From an uncultured Acidobacteriota bacterium (GTDB lineage: Bacteria > Acidobacteriota > Thermoanaerobaculia > UBA5066 > Gp7-AA6): 64,000 bases of DNA. Both the position numbers and the translations under genes were made by a program. This document shows, in pieces, positions 28,560 to 38,874 of this stretch; position 1 is the first letter of the stretch, and each line of letters begins with the position of its first letter. Location: NCBI GenBank assembly GCA_963764715.1, contig CAVXTP010000003.1:96001-160000 (forward strand), given 5' to 3'. The notes beneath the pieces are model-generated. The model was not told the DNA's origin. It was given only the letters and a program-made list of their open reading frames with translations, and did no database searches.

Positions 28560-30518
28560 ATGGTCTCGTCGGTCCTCTTCCTGACCGCGCTCCTCGCGTC
28601 TCCCAACGCGAGCGCGCCGCCGGCGATCGAGACGGTCTTCGCGTCGCTCGAGAAGGTCCGCGGGTTCCACGACGCCTCGATCTCGCCGGACGGCCGGCGG
28701 GCCGCGTGGTCGGAGAAGCTGCCCGATACCTCCGGCATCGCCCGCCTGGGAACGATCCGGGTGGCGGACCTCGCGACCGGCGCCTCCCGGCCCGTGTCGG
28801 CGGCCGCGGACGGCAAGCCCCGGCGCGAGATCGAGCCCGTCTTCTCCCCCGACGGCCACTCGATCGCGTTCCTTTCCGACGCCGCGACCCGCGGGCAGCT
28901 CCAGGTGTGGGTCGCGCCGGCCGCCGGCGGCGCGGCACGGCGACTGACGACGGTCAAGGGGCAGCTCCAGGAGCTGCGGTGGTCGCCGGACGGGCGGTCG
29001 CTCTCGTTCCTCTTCGTCGAAGGCTCGACGCAGGAGACCGGCGCCCTCGTCGCCCACGCCCGCGACGCCGGGCCCGTCGAGGAGAAGCCCGAGATCCAGC
29101 GCATCGCGGTCGTCGAGGCCGCGACGGGCCGGACGCGATCGGTCTCGCCTCCCGCGCTCTTCGTCTACGACTACGACTGGTCCCCCGACGGGAAGACCTT
29201 CGCGGCCGAGGCGGCCGTCGGCTCGGGCACCAACAACTACTGGACCGCCGAGCTCTACCTCGTCGACTCCGCCACCGGAAAAGCCGACTCGATCTGGAAG
29301 CCGCCCCTCCAGATCGCGTGTCCCCGCTTCTCGCCGGACGGCCGGGCGATCGCCGTGATCCACGGGATCATGAGCGACGAAGGCTCCAACGGCGGCGACG
29401 TGTGGGAGGTCCCGGCCTCGCGCGGCGGCGGCTCCCCGCGCAACCTGACGCCCGGCATGCGCTGGTCCGCGGCGAGCCTCGCCTGGCGCTCCGCGGGCGA
29501 GCTGCTCTTCGCGGGGCCCGTCGACGGCGGATACGGCCTCGCCTCGATCGACCCGGCGACGGGCCGGCTCACGGTCCGGTTCACGGGCGCCGAGAAGCTC
29601 GGCCATTTCGGGACGGCGACGCGGGGCGAGGCGACCGTCGCGATCCGCGAGTCGTTCCAGGACCCGCCGGAAGTGTGGGCCGGCCCGATCGGGGGCTGGA
29701 AGAAGCTCTCGTCCGCCAACGCGAAGGCTCCCCGGTTCTGGGGCGAGGCGCGGTCGCTCCACTGGCAGAGCGACGGCGCGAACGTCCAGGGCTGGCTCCT
29801 CTACCCGCCGGACTTCGACCCGTCGCGCAGATACCCGATGATCGTCGTGGCGCACGGCGGGCCGTCGGGCGCCGCCACGGCGTCCTGGCCCTCGCGCTGG
29901 CAGGGAACGCTGCCGTCCCGCGGCTACTTCGTCTTCCAGCCCAATCCCCGCGGGAGCTTCGGCTTCGGCGAGGCGTTCGCCGAGGGGAACGTCAAGGACT
30001 TCGGCGGCGGGGACCTGCGCGACATCCTCGCGGGCGTCGACGCGGCCCTCGCGGCCGCTCCGATCGACGACCGCCGGCTCGGCATCACCGGCTGGAGCTA
30101 CGGCGGGTACATGACGATGTGGGCCGTCACGCAGACCGACCGCTTCGCCGCGGGTGTGGCGGGCGCGGGGATCGCGAGCTGGCAGAGCTACTACGGTCAG
30201 AACAAGATCGACACGTGGATGCTGCCGTTCTTCGGCGCGTCCGTCTACGACGACCCGAAGGTCTACGCGAAGTCCTCGCCGATCGAGTTCATCAAGAAGG
30301 TGAAGACGCCGACGCTCGTGCTCCACGGCGAGCGCGACTCCGAGGTCCCGACGCCCCAGGGCTACGAGTTCTGGCACGCGTTGAAGACGCTCGGCGTCCC
30401 GACGCAGCTCGTCATCTACGCCGACGAGGGCCACGGCATCCGCAAGCCCGAGAACCAGCTCGACATCCTGCGCCGGAGCGCCGACTGGTTCGACCGGTAC
30501 CTGCGCCCGGGCCGCTGA
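28560..30518 (+). CDS. Secreted S9 family (prolyl oligo-/acylaminoacyl) peptidase
   Basis: PD40-like 'SPDG' propeller repeats; 'HGGP', 'GWSYGG', 'HGERD', 'DEGH'. Confidence 0.92.
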   Translation: MVSSVLFLTALLASPNASAPPAIETVFASLEKVRGFHDASISPDGRRAAWSEKLPDTSGIARLGTIRVADLATGASRPVSAAADGKPRREIEPVFSPDGHSIAFLSDAATRGQLQVWVAPAAGGAARRLTTVKGQLQELRWSPDGRSLSFLFVEGSTQETGALVAHARDAGPVEEKPEIQRIAVVEAATGRTRSVSPPALFVYDYDWSPDGKTFAAEAAVGSGTNNYWTAELYLVDSATGKADSIWKPPLQIACPRFSPDGRAIAVIHGIMSDEGSNGGDVWEVPASRGGGSPRNLTPGMRWSAASLAWRSAGELLFAGPVDGGYGLASIDPATGRLTVRFTGAEKLGHFGTATRGEATVAIRESFQDPPEVWAGPIGGWKKLSSANAKAPRFWGEARSLHWQSDGANVQGWLLYPPDFDPSRRYPMIVVAHGGPSGAATASWPSRWQGTLPSRGYFVFQPNPRGSFGFGEAFAEGNVKDFGGGDLRDILAGVDAALAAAPIDDRRLGITGWSYGGYMTMWAVTQTDRFAAGVAGAGIASWQSYYGQNKIDTWMLPFFGASVYDDPKVYAKSSPIEFIKKVKTPTLVLHGERDSEVPTPQGYEFWHALKTLGVPTQLVIYADEGHGIRKPENQLDILRRSADWFDRYLRPGR

Positions 30519-30728
30519 CTACGCCTTCAGCGCGTCGGCCCCGCGGAACGGCGCCCCGAGCAGGGGGGCGAGCAGGCACCGGTTGAAGGCACCGGCCGTG
30601 AGCGGGACGAGTCCGGCGAGCATGAGACGCGCATCGGCGTGGAGCAGGCCCCAGAAGATCAGGGAAAGTCCCAGGACGATCCGGATCCCGCGGCCCGCCG
30701 CGGTGGCCATGAACTTCGCGAACGCCAT
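30519..30728 (-). CDS. Small membrane protein, DUF2892/YgaP-like
   Basis: 'GRGIRIVLGL...GLVPL.AG..N.CLLAPLLG'; SD GGAGG. Confidence 0.7.
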   Translation of the reverse strand: MAFAKFMATAAGRGIRIVLGLSLIFWGLLHADARLMLAGLVPLTAGAFNRCLLAPLLGAPFRGADALKA

Positions 30729-30835
30729 GGGGATCCTCCGCTCCCCAGTCTGACCGAGGAGCGTCTCCGGGCGAGCGATGCACTTGCATCAGTTCGGCCG
30801 GCGTTGCGGTATCGTCGGCGCCGACGGAGACCCCG

Positions 30836-31696
30836 ATGTTCCAACCGACGCTTCTCGCCAACCGATCCATCGTCGTGACCGGCGGCGGGTCCGGCCTCGG
30901 CCTCGCGATGTCGAAGGCCTTCGCCGCCCACGGCGCGAAGGTGACGATCGCCGGCCGCCGCGCGGAGCGCCTGGAGGCGGCTTCGCGGGACATCGCGGCC
31001 GCGGCGCGCGAGGGCGGCGCCGTCGAGACGTTCGCCGCCGACGTGCGTCAGCCCGACGCCTGCGCGGCCCTCGTCGCCCGCGCGGCCGAACGCTTCGGAT
31101 CGGTCGACGGCCTCGTGAACAACGCCGCGGGCAACTTCCTGGCCTTCTCCGAAGAGCTGACCCCGAACGGCTTCGACGCCGTCGTCCGCACCGTCCTCTA
31201 CGGAACGGTGAACTGCACCCTGGCCTTCGGCAAACACCTCCTCGAGCGCCGGGCCCCGGGCGCCGTCGTCTCGATCCTCGCGACGTACGCCTGGACGGGC
31301 TCCGCGTTCGTTCTGCCGTCCGCCTGCGCGAAGGCCGGCGTCATGGCCATGACGCGCTCGCTCGCCGTCGAGTGGGGCCACGCCGGCATCCGCTTGAACG
31401 CCATCGCCCCCGGGCCGATCCCGACCGAGGGCGCGTTCTCCCGTCTCATGGCGAACCCCGCCGCCGAGAAGGCGGCGCTCGGCCGCGTGCCGCTCGGGCG
31501 TTTCGGGAAGCCCGAGGAGATCGCCAACCTCGCGACGTTCCTGATCTCGGACCTGTGTCCGTACCAGACCGGGGACGTCGTCACGATGGACGGCGGGGAG
31601 TGGATCGCGGGCGCCGGCGAGTTCTCCGACTACCGCCGCGTGCCGCGCGAGGCGCTGAAGACCGCGTTCGACGCGATGAAGCCCCGGAAGGGCTGA
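30836..31696 (+). CDS. SDR oxidoreductase, 2,4-dienoyl-CoA reductase-like
   Basis: 'TGGGSGLG', 'NNAAGNF', 'SACAKAGV', 'NAIAPGPIPTEGA'. Confidence 0.85.
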   Translation: MFQPTLLANRSIVVTGGGSGLGLAMSKAFAAHGAKVTIAGRRAERLEAASRDIAAAAREGGAVETFAADVRQPDACAALVARAAERFGSVDGLVNNAAGNFLAFSEELTPNGFDAVVRTVLYGTVNCTLAFGKHLLERRAPGAVVSILATYAWTGSAFVLPSACAKAGVMAMTRSLAVEWGHAGIRLNAIAPGPIPTEGAFSRLMANPAAEKAALGRVPLGRFGKPEEIANLATFLISDLCPYQTGDVVTMDGGEWIAGAGEFSDYRRVPREALKTAFDAMKPRKG

Positions 31697-31706
31697 GGAG
31701 AAAGCG

Positions 31707-32570
31707 ATGCGACACCTCGTTCTGGGCGGAACCGGTACGGTCGGCAGCCTCGTCGTGCAGGGACTGCTCGCGAAGGGCGAGGCCGTGCGGGTCGTGACGC
31801 GCAGCGCCGACCACATCCCGGCGCTCCCGAAGGGCGTCGTCGGGGTCGTGGGCGACCTCGCCGATCCCGACACCTACGAGGGGATCTTCCAGGACTACGA
31901 CCACCTGTTTCTCCTGGCCGCCAACGGGCCATCGGACCTGCTGGAGGGGCTCGCCGCCGTCAACGAGGCGCGGCGAACGGGCGCCCGGCGCGTCGTCCAC
32001 CTCTCGATCCACGACGTCGAGAAGGCGCTCGAGGCGCCGCACTTCGCCTCGAAGATCGCGGTCGAGGCCGCGTTGAAGGAGAGCGGCCTCGCCTGGACGA
32101 TCCTGCGGCCCAACAATTTCTTCCAGAACGACCATTGGTGGAAGGACGTCCTGCTCCAGTACGGCGTCTATCCCCAGCCGATCGGCTCGATCGGCCTGTC
32201 GCGCGTCGACACGCGCGACATCGGCGACGCGGCCGTCCGCGCGCTGACCGAGAGCGGCCACGCCGGAAAGACCTACGCGGTCGTCGGGCCGGACGTCCTG
32301 ACCGGCGAGGACTGCGCGGCGCGGTTTTCCCGGGCGCTCGGCAAGAAGATCGTCTACGGCGGCGACGACCTCGTCGCGTGGGCGAAGGCCTCGCGCGGCT
32401 TCCTTCCGGGCTGGGCGATCTACGACTACGCCCTGATGTACGCGGCGTTCCAGAAGAAGGGCCTGAAGGCGACGCCCGAGCAGCTCGGCGAGACGCGGGC
32501 GATCCTCGGACGCGCGCCGCGCAGCTACGAGGCCTTCGTCAAGGAAGCCGCCGCCGCCTGGAAGGCCTGA
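31707..32570 (+). CDS. NmrA-family NAD(P)-binding protein
   Basis: 'LGGTGTVG', 'HFASK', 'ILRPNNFFQN', 'VDTRDIG'. Confidence 0.85.
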   Translation: MRHLVLGGTGTVGSLVVQGLLAKGEAVRVVTRSADHIPALPKGVVGVVGDLADPDTYEGIFQDYDHLFLLAANGPSDLLEGLAAVNEARRTGARRVVHLSIHDVEKALEAPHFASKIAVEAALKESGLAWTILRPNNFFQNDHWWKDVLLQYGVYPQPIGSIGLSRVDTRDIGDAAVRALTESGHAGKTYAVVGPDVLTGEDCAARFSRALGKKIVYGGDDLVAWAKASRGFLPGWAIYDYALMYAAFQKKGLKATPEQLGETRAILGRAPRSYEAFVKEAAAAWKA

Positions 32571-32580
32571 AGCCCGCCGG

Positions 32581-35500
32581 CTACCGAAAGACCTCGGCGA
32601 GGAACGCCTCGAGCTCCTTCTTGTGCACGCCGGCGTTGCCGGTCGCCGGCGACGGCGAGGCGGCGCGGCCGACGTACTCGAGGCGCCGACCGGCGGGCAG
32701 AAACTCCTCGGAGCGCTCCTTCACGAAGCTCCAGGCGCCCATGTTCCGCGGCTCTTCCTGGACCCAGAGGGCGCGCCGCGCGTTCGGGTAGCCCGCGAGG
32801 GTCCCGGCGAGCCGCTCCTGCGGGAACGGATAGAGCTGCTCGACGCGCACGACCGCGGTCTGGAAGTCGCCGCGCTTCTCCTTCTCCGCGCGCAGGTCGT
32901 AGTAGACCTTTCCGCTGCAGAGGACGACCCGCTCGACGAGCCCGCGGTCGGCGACCTCCGGGTCGTCGAGGACGACGCGGAACCCGCCGGCGACGAGCGC
33001 TTCGATCGGCGAGGAGGCGGCCGGCAGGCGCAGCAGGCTCTTCGGGGTGAAGACGATCATCGGCTTGGCGAGCGGCTGGCGCATCTGGCGGCGCAGGAGG
33101 TGGAAGTACTGCGCCGGCGACGTCGCGTTGACGACCTGCAGGTTGCCGTCGGCGCAGAGCTGCAGGTAGCGCTCGATGCGGGCGCTCGAGTGCTCGGGCC
33201 CCTGGCCCTCCGAGCCGTGCGGCAGCAGCATGCCCATGCGGGAGCGCTGGTGCCACTTGTCCTCGGCCGACGCGATGAACTGGTCGACGATGACCTGGGC
33301 GCCGTTGGCGAAGTCGCCGAACTGGGCCTCCCAGAGGACGAGGGCCTCGGGCCACTCGACGCTGTAGCCGTAGTCGAAGCCGAGCACCGCGAACTCCGAG
33401 AGCGGGCTGTCGCAGGCCTCGAAGTGCGCCTGCCTGGGATCGAGCGTCGAGAGCGGCGTCCAGGGCTCCGCGGTCTGCGAGTCGACGAGGACGGCGTGCC
33501 GCTGGGAGAACGTGCCGCGGCTCGAGTCCTGCCCGCTGACGCGGATCGGGGTCCCCTCGAGGAGCAGCGTCCCGAACCCGAGGGCCTCGGCCGTACCCCA
33601 GTCGAGGGGCAGGGCTCCCTCGGCCATCTTCGCCCGGCGGGCGAGCTGCTGGACCATCTTCGGGTTCAGCCGGAAGCCCGAGGGCACGGTCGTCAGCACC
33701 CGGCCGATCCGCGCGAGCGTCTCGCGCGGGACGCCCGTCTCCATCTCGACGACGCCGAGCGCGCCGCCGTCGGGCACCGCCGGCGCCGATGCGCGCGGGC
33801 GCCGGGCCGCGTCCTTGGCCGCCGCGAGGGCCGCTTCGTACTCGGCGAGCTGGCGCGCCTCGAGCTCGCCGACCTCCGCCTCGGTCACGACGCCCGCGCG
33901 GACGAGGCGGCGCGCGTAGAGCGTCCGCACGCCGGGGTGCGCCTCGATCGCCCGGTACATCAGGGGCTGCGTGTAGGTCGGCTCGTCGCCTTCGTTGTGG
34001 CCGTGACGCCGGAACCCGATCAGGTCGATCACGACGTCCTTGTGGAACTCCTGCCGGTAGTCGAGGGCGATCTCGAGGACCCGGTACGCCGCCTCGGGGT
34101 CGTCGGCGTTGACGTGAAAGATCGGGACCTGGTTGATCTTCGCGACGTCCGTCGAGTAGACCGAGGACCGCCCCTTCGAGGGCGGCGTCGTGAAGCCGAT
34201 CTGGTTGTTGATGACGACGTGGATCGTGCCGCCCGTGCGATAGCCCGGGAGCTGCGAGAGGTTCAGCACCTCGGCGACCATCCCCTGCCCCGCGAACGCC
34301 GCGTCGCCGTGGAGGAGGACCGGCAGGACCGGCTTCCAGGCCGCGGGGCCGTGGCCGGCCCGCCGCTCCTGCTTCGCCCGCACGACGCCCTCGACGACGG
34401 GGTCGACCGCTTCGAGGTGCGAGGGGTTCGACTCGACCTGGACGCCGACCTCGCGCCCCGACTCCGACCGCCGGACCGCGCGGGCGCCCTGGTGGTACTT
34501 CACGTCGCCCTCGTCGGCCGGGAAGTCCGGATGGACGACGCCCTCGAAGCCCGAGAAGATCCGCTCGGCCGAGTTGCCGACGACGTTGGCGAGGATGTTG
34601 AGCCGGCCGCGGTGCGACATTCCGATGACGACCTCGTCGATCTCCCGCGCGGCCGAGCCCTCGACGAGCCGGTCGAGCAGCGGAATCGCGGTCTCGCATC
34701 CCTCGACCGAGTAGCGGCGCTGGCCGAGGAACTTCGTTCCGAGGAAACGCTCGAACTCCTCGGCCGCGATCAGCTTGACGAGGAGGCTCCTGCGGACCTC
34801 GGCCGGCAGCGGCCCGGCCGCGGCGGCCGCGGCGACGCGCGCCCGGATCCAGTACTTTTCGGTGGGGCTCGAGATGTAGCGGTACTCGGTCCCGATCTTG
34901 CCGCAGTAGACGCGGCGCATCAGCGCGATGATCTCGCGCAGCGGCATCCGGTCGCCGCCCTTCAGTCCTCCCGTGTAGAACTCGCGGTCGAGGTCCCAGA
35001 TCGTCAGGCCGTAGGTCTCGAGCTCGAGCTCCGGGTGGGCCGCGATCTCGCGCGAGCGCAGCGGATCGATGTCGGCGAGCAGGTGCCCGCGCACGCGGTA
35101 CGCGTTGATGAGCTCGAGCACCCGGGCCTGCTTGGCGATGTCCTCGGCCGGGCCCTCGGCCGAAAACGGCGGGTTCCGGTCGATCTCCCACTTCAGGGGC
35201 CGGAACGGGATGCCGAGGTCGGCGAAGACGCCCTCGTAGAAACCGTGCTCGCCGAGCAGGAGCTCCTGGATGCGGGCCAGGAACGAGCCCGACTCGGCCC
35301 CCTGGATGATGCGGTGGTCGTACGTCGACGTGAAGGTCACGGCCTTGCTGATCGCGAGGCGCGAGAGCGTCGAAGGCGCGGACGCGGCGAACTCGGCCGG
35401 GTACTCGATCGCGCCCGTGGCGATGATCGCGCCCTGCCCCGGCATCAGCCGCGGCACCGAGGCCGTCGTCCCGAGCGTGCCGGGGTTGGTCAGCGAGATC

Positions 35501-36201
35501 GTCGTGCCCTCGAAGTCCGGGATCTGCAGCTTGCCCGAGCGGGCGCGCGCGATCAGGTCGTCCGACGCCGCCACGAAGGCGGCGAAGTCGAGCTTCTCGG
35601 CGCCCTTGACGTTCGGCACCAGGAGCGAGCGCGTGCCGTCCGCCTTCGGCACGTCGACGGCGAGGCCGAACCGGATCTCCTCGCGCCGGACGCGGGCCGG
35701 CTCGCCGCCCGACCCGTCGAACGCGTCGTTCATCACGGGGAACGTCCTGACGGCCTGGACGATCGCCCAGGAGATCAGGTGCGTGAACGAGATCTTGGAG
35801 AGCTCCATCGAGGCCCGCGCCTCGTTGATGAGGCGGCGGTTCTCGTCGAGCAGCTTGATCGGGATCTGGCGCTGCGTCGTCGCCGTCGGGACGGCGAGGC
35901 TCGCCTGCATGTTCTCGGCGATGCGCGCGGGCGCTCCCCGCAGGGGGATGCGCTCGCCGGCGAGCGGCGGTCCCGCGGCCGGGGCCGGCACCGCCGCCGG
36001 GGCCGGGCGCGCCGCCGGAGCGGGCGCCGGTGCGGCCGGCTCGGGCTCGCCGAAGCGCTCCCGGAAGTAGCGCTGCCACTCGTCGTCGACGGCCGAGGGA
36101 TTCACCCGGTAGCGGTGAAAGAGCTCCTCGACGTAGCTGGCGTTGGCGCCGAACTCGGACAGCAGGTCCTCGGAGAGGTCGTTCGGGGTGCGGGTCGACA
36201 T
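32581..36201 (-). CDS. sucA: Multifunctional 2-oxoglutarate dehydrogenase, fused succinyltransferase (E2 catalytic) + E1 (Kgd/OdhA-type)
   Basis: 'FGANASYVEELF', E2 'TYDHRIIQGAESG', E1 'GMSHRGRLN', 'HGDAAFAGQG', 'WEAQFGDF', 'GPEHSSAR'. Confidence 0.95.
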   Translation of the reverse strand: MSTRTPNDLSEDLLSEFGANASYVEELFHRYRVNPSAVDDEWQRYFRERFGEPEPAAPAPAPAARPAPAAVPAPAAGPPLAGERIPLRGAPARIAENMQASLAVPTATTQRQIPIKLLDENRRLINEARASMELSKISFTHLISWAIVQAVRTFPVMNDAFDGSGGEPARVRREEIRFGLAVDVPKADGTRSLLVPNVKGAEKLDFAAFVAASDDLIARARSGKLQIPDFEGTTISLTNPGTLGTTASVPRLMPGQGAIIATGAIEYPAEFAASAPSTLSRLAISKAVTFTSTYDHRIIQGAESGSFLARIQELLLGEHGFYEGVFADLGIPFRPLKWEIDRNPPFSAEGPAEDIAKQARVLELINAYRVRGHLLADIDPLRSREIAAHPELELETYGLTIWDLDREFYTGGLKGGDRMPLREIIALMRRVYCGKIGTEYRYISSPTEKYWIRARVAAAAAAGPLPAEVRRSLLVKLIAAEEFERFLGTKFLGQRRYSVEGCETAIPLLDRLVEGSAAREIDEVVIGMSHRGRLNILANVVGNSAERIFSGFEGVVHPDFPADEGDVKYHQGARAVRRSESGREVGVQVESNPSHLEAVDPVVEGVVRAKQERRAGHGPAAWKPVLPVLLHGDAAFAGQGMVAEVLNLSQLPGYRTGGTIHVVINNQIGFTTPPSKGRSSVYSTDVAKINQVPIFHVNADDPEAAYRVLEIALDYRQEFHKDVVIDLIGFRRHGHNEGDEPTYTQPLMYRAIEAHPGVRTLYARRLVRAGVVTEAEVGELEARQLAEYEAALAAAKDAARRPRASAPAVPDGGALGVVEMETGVPRETLARIGRVLTTVPSGFRLNPKMVQQLARRAKMAEGALPLDWGTAEALGFGTLLLEGTPIRVSGQDSSRGTFSQRHAVLVDSQTAEPWTPLSTLDPRQAHFEACDSPLSEFAVLGFDYGYSVEWPEALVLWEAQFGDFANGAQVIVDQFIASAEDKWHQRSRMGMLLPHGSEGQGPEHSSARIERYLQLCADGNLQVVNATSPAQYFHLLRRQMRQPLAKPMIVFTPKSLLRLPAASSPIEALVAGGFRVVLDDPEVADRGLVERVVLCSGKVYYDLRAEKEKRGDFQTAVVRVEQLYPFPQERLAGTLAGYPNARRALWVQEEPRNMGAWSFVKERSEEFLPAGRRLEYVGRAASPSPATGNAGVHKKELEAFLAEVFR

Positions 36202-36218
36202 GGGAGGGGGATGTTAAT

Positions 36219-36302
36219 GCAGGAGGCGGGCGGCGGGAGGCAGGGAGCCGTAAGCCGTAAGCGTAAGCAGTAAGCAGTAAGCAGTAAGCAGTAAGCAGTA
36301 AG
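36219..36302. repeat. Heptamer array: degenerate GCAGGAG units grading into (CAGTAAG)5
   Basis: Read directly in the divergent sucA/peptidase gap. Confidence 0.88.
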
Positions 36303-36352
36303 CAAGGGACGAGGTTACGGGCTGATAGGATTCCGCGGCGCGGAGGGAGTCC

Positions 36353-37789
36353 TTGAAGTCATTGAAGCGTCTCGTCCTGGTTCTCGTCGTGTGTGCGATC
36401 GCCTGGCCCGCCCCGGCGGCCGACCCCGCCGTGACGCCCGCCATCCGGTCGAGCGCCGTCGGACTTCGCGACCGGATCCTCGCCGGCTCGAAGGCGACCG
36501 ACTGGGTCCGCGACATCACCGACCTCGCAGGGCCCCGGCTTTCCGGGTCCCCCGGGGACCGCGCCGCCGTCGAGCTCGCGGTCCGGATGCTCCGGGCCCA
36601 GGGGTTCCAGAACGTTCGCGCGGAGAAGGTCATGGTTCCCGCATGGCAGCGGGGCGTCGAGACCGGGGAGGTCACGGCCCCCGTCCACCAGGCGCTCGCG
36701 CTGACGGCCCTCGGCGGAAGCGTCGCCACGCCGGACGGGGGCCTCGAGGGCGAGATCGTCCGGGTGGCCTCGCTCGAGGAGCTCGCCGGCAAGCCCGCCG
36801 ACGCCGTCCGGGGACGGATCGTCTTCATCGACCAGCCGACCGCGCGCACGTCGGACGGCTCGGGCTACGGCGCGTCGGGCCACGTCCGCAGCGCCGGCCC
36901 GTCCGCCGCCGCGAAGCTCGGCGCGACCGGCCTCCTCATCCGCTCGATCGGAACCGACCACAACCGGCTTCCCCACACCGGGGGCACGCACTACGACGCG
37001 GGTGTCGCGAAGATCCCGGCCGCGGCGCTGTCCGCGCCCGACGCCGCGCTGCTTTCGCGCCTCGTCCAGCGCGGGCCCGTGCGCGTGCGCTTCACGCTCG
37101 GCTGCCGGACCCTGCCGGACGCCGAGTCGGCCAACGTCATCGGCGAGATCCCCGGCCGCGAGCGGCCGCGGGAGATCGTCCTGCTGGGGGCGCACCTCGA
37201 CTCCTGGGACCTCGGCACCGGCGCGATCGACGACGCCGCGGGCTGCGGCATCGTCATCGAGGCCGCGCGGCAGATCGGCCTGATGGCGACGAAGCCGCGG
37301 CGCACGATCCGCGTCGTCCTTTTCGCCAACGAGGAGAACGGCCTCAAGGGCGGCAAGACCTACGCCGAGGACCACGCCGCGGAGCTCGCCTCGCACGTCG
37401 CGGCGATCGAGGCGGATCTCGGCCAGGGGCCGCCGCTCGGCTTCTCGTGGAACGCCGGCCCCGCGGCGGAGGCGCCGCTGAAGGCTGCGGCCGCGCTGCT
37501 CGCCCCGATCGCCGCCGACACGCTCACGACGGCCGACAACGGCGGCGCCGACCTCATCTACCTGCTGCCCTCGGGGACGCCGAACCTCGGGCTGCTCCTC
37601 GACGCGACGGACTACTTCGACTTTCACCACACGGCCAACGACAACTTCGACCGGATCGACCCGAAGATCATGGACCGGTCGACGGCGGCCATGGCGACGC
37701 TCGCCTACGTGCTCGCGGAGTCGGAGACGACGCTGGAGCGGATCCCGCCCGAGAAGCGCGCGCTGCCCGCGTGGGCCCGGGGCCGCTAG
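36353..37789 (+). CDS. Secreted M28 family metallopeptidase (carboxypeptidase Q-like)
   Basis: Signal peptide; 'GPRLSGS', 'GAHLDSWD', 'GAIDDAAG', 'FANEENG', 'YFDFHHT.ND'. Confidence 0.9.
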   Translation: MKSLKRLVLVLVVCAIAWPAPAADPAVTPAIRSSAVGLRDRILAGSKATDWVRDITDLAGPRLSGSPGDRAAVELAVRMLRAQGFQNVRAEKVMVPAWQRGVETGEVTAPVHQALALTALGGSVATPDGGLEGEIVRVASLEELAGKPADAVRGRIVFIDQPTARTSDGSGYGASGHVRSAGPSAAAKLGATGLLIRSIGTDHNRLPHTGGTHYDAGVAKIPAAALSAPDAALLSRLVQRGPVRVRFTLGCRTLPDAESANVIGEIPGRERPREIVLLGAHLDSWDLGTGAIDDAAGCGIVIEAARQIGLMATKPRRTIRVVLFANEENGLKGGKTYAEDHAAELASHVAAIEADLGQGPPLGFSWNAGPAAEAPLKAAAALLAPIAADTLTTADNGGADLIYLLPSGTPNLGLLLDATDYFDFHHTANDNFDRIDPKIMDRSTAAMATLAYVLAESETTLERIPPEKRALPAWARGR

Positions 37790-38250
37790 GGCCCGGACGG
37801 CTTCTTCCCGGCGACCTTCTCGCGCACGGCCTGCACCTCGGGGTGCTGGAAGCCGAGGAGCTCCGCGATCCGCCGCGCGAGCTGGTTCTCCGCCGCCGTC
37901 AGCATGCCGTCCGAATAGACGACGCCCCAGATCACCTCGACGAGCCGGAGGCGCTCCTCGCGCGAGAAGCGCTCGGTGATCAACCGCGTGAACTGATAGA
38001 GGTCGACGCTGTCGCGGCGCTCGGCCTCCGCGAGCCGGAAGATCTCGGCGACGTCGCCCGGAGCGACTCCGAAGTCCTCGCGCACGGCGCGCAGGATCCG
38101 CTCCCGCTCGGCCTCGGCGAGGTCGTCGTCGGCGTGCGCGAGCTCGAGGAGCAGGGCGCACGCCGCGATGGCCGTTTCGTCGGGCCGGCGGCCCTCCTCC
38201 GGGGAGGACAGCTTCGAAAGGAAGTACTGACGGATTTCGTGGATCCCCAT
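37786..38250 (-). CDS. TerB family protein
   Basis: 'ALLLELAHADDD..EAE', 'DLYQFT', 'VVYSDG..AAE'. Confidence 0.85.
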   Translation of the reverse strand: MGIHEIRQYFLSKLSSPEEGRRPDETAIAACALLLELAHADDDLAEAERERILRAVREDFGVAPGDVAEIFRLAEAERRDSVDLYQFTRLITERFSREERLRLVEVIWGVVYSDGMLTAAENQLARRIAELLGFQHPEVQAVREKVAGKKPSGP

Positions 38251-38336
38251 GGTTTGCAGTGTAAAGCGAAACTTTTTCGGCCCGACCGGCGTATTGGGTA
38301 GTGAACCGGGGCGACCGAACCGAACGAGGGACGACC

Positions 38337-38858
38337 ATGAAACGGCGCGATTTCGAGACTCTCCTGTTGACCCTCGAATCCACGCCGGCCCTCCTGTCCC
38401 GCGCCGCGGCCCTCCTGTCCCCGGGCCAGTCGCGGCGCCGGCCCGCCGCGGGCGGGTTCTCCTTCGTCGAGAACGTCTGGCACCTGGCGGACCTCGAGCG
38501 CGACGGCTACGGCGTGCGGATCCGGCGGATCCTCGCCGAGTCGGAGCCGGCCCTCATGAACTTCGACGGCGAGCGCATCGCGCGCGAGCGCGCCTACCAG
38601 GAGCGCGACGTCGACCGCGGCATCGTGTGCTTCGCGCGCTCGCGCCGGCAGAACATCGAGGCCCTCGCCCGTCTCTCGCCGTCGGAGTGGAAGCGCGCCG
38701 GGGCCCAGGAAGGCGTCGGCCGCGTCACGCTCGACGACCTCCCGCGGATGATGGCCGAGCACGACCGCTCGCACGCCGCCGAGATCGCCAGACTCATCGC
38801 CGAGATCCGGGGCGAGATGCCCGACGGGCTGCACGCGTTCACGTCCGCCGTCGCCTGA
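38337..38858 (+). CDS. DinB family protein
   Basis: 'FSFVENVWHLADLE', 'HDRSH'. Confidence 0.8.
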   Translation: MKRRDFETLLLTLESTPALLSRAAALLSPGQSRRRPAAGGFSFVENVWHLADLERDGYGVRIRRILAESEPALMNFDGERIARERAYQERDVDRGIVCFARSRRQNIEALARLSPSEWKRAGAQEGVGRVTLDDLPRMMAEHDRSHAAEIARLIAEIRGEMPDGLHAFTSAVA

Positions 38859-38874
38859 ACCCGCGTCCGCGCCC

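Noticed and set aside
32623-36273. 1216-aa plus-strand ORF, and similar long ORFs such as 694-3618, 806-3463, 26855-29104, 55725-58124 and 60885-63407
   Set aside because: Antisense or off-frame shadows of clearly recognisable genes. Their Arg/Gly/Pro-rich composition is the expected artefact of high GC3.
36102-36305. Short ORFs reading LLTAYCLLLTAYC (also in the 48351-49232 ORF N-terminus)
   Set aside because: Simply the translation of the (CTTACTG)n heptamer repeat; no independent coding signal.
37786-38250. ter tellurite/anti-phage island
   Set aside because: Single stand-alone TerB with no other ter or defence genes nearby.
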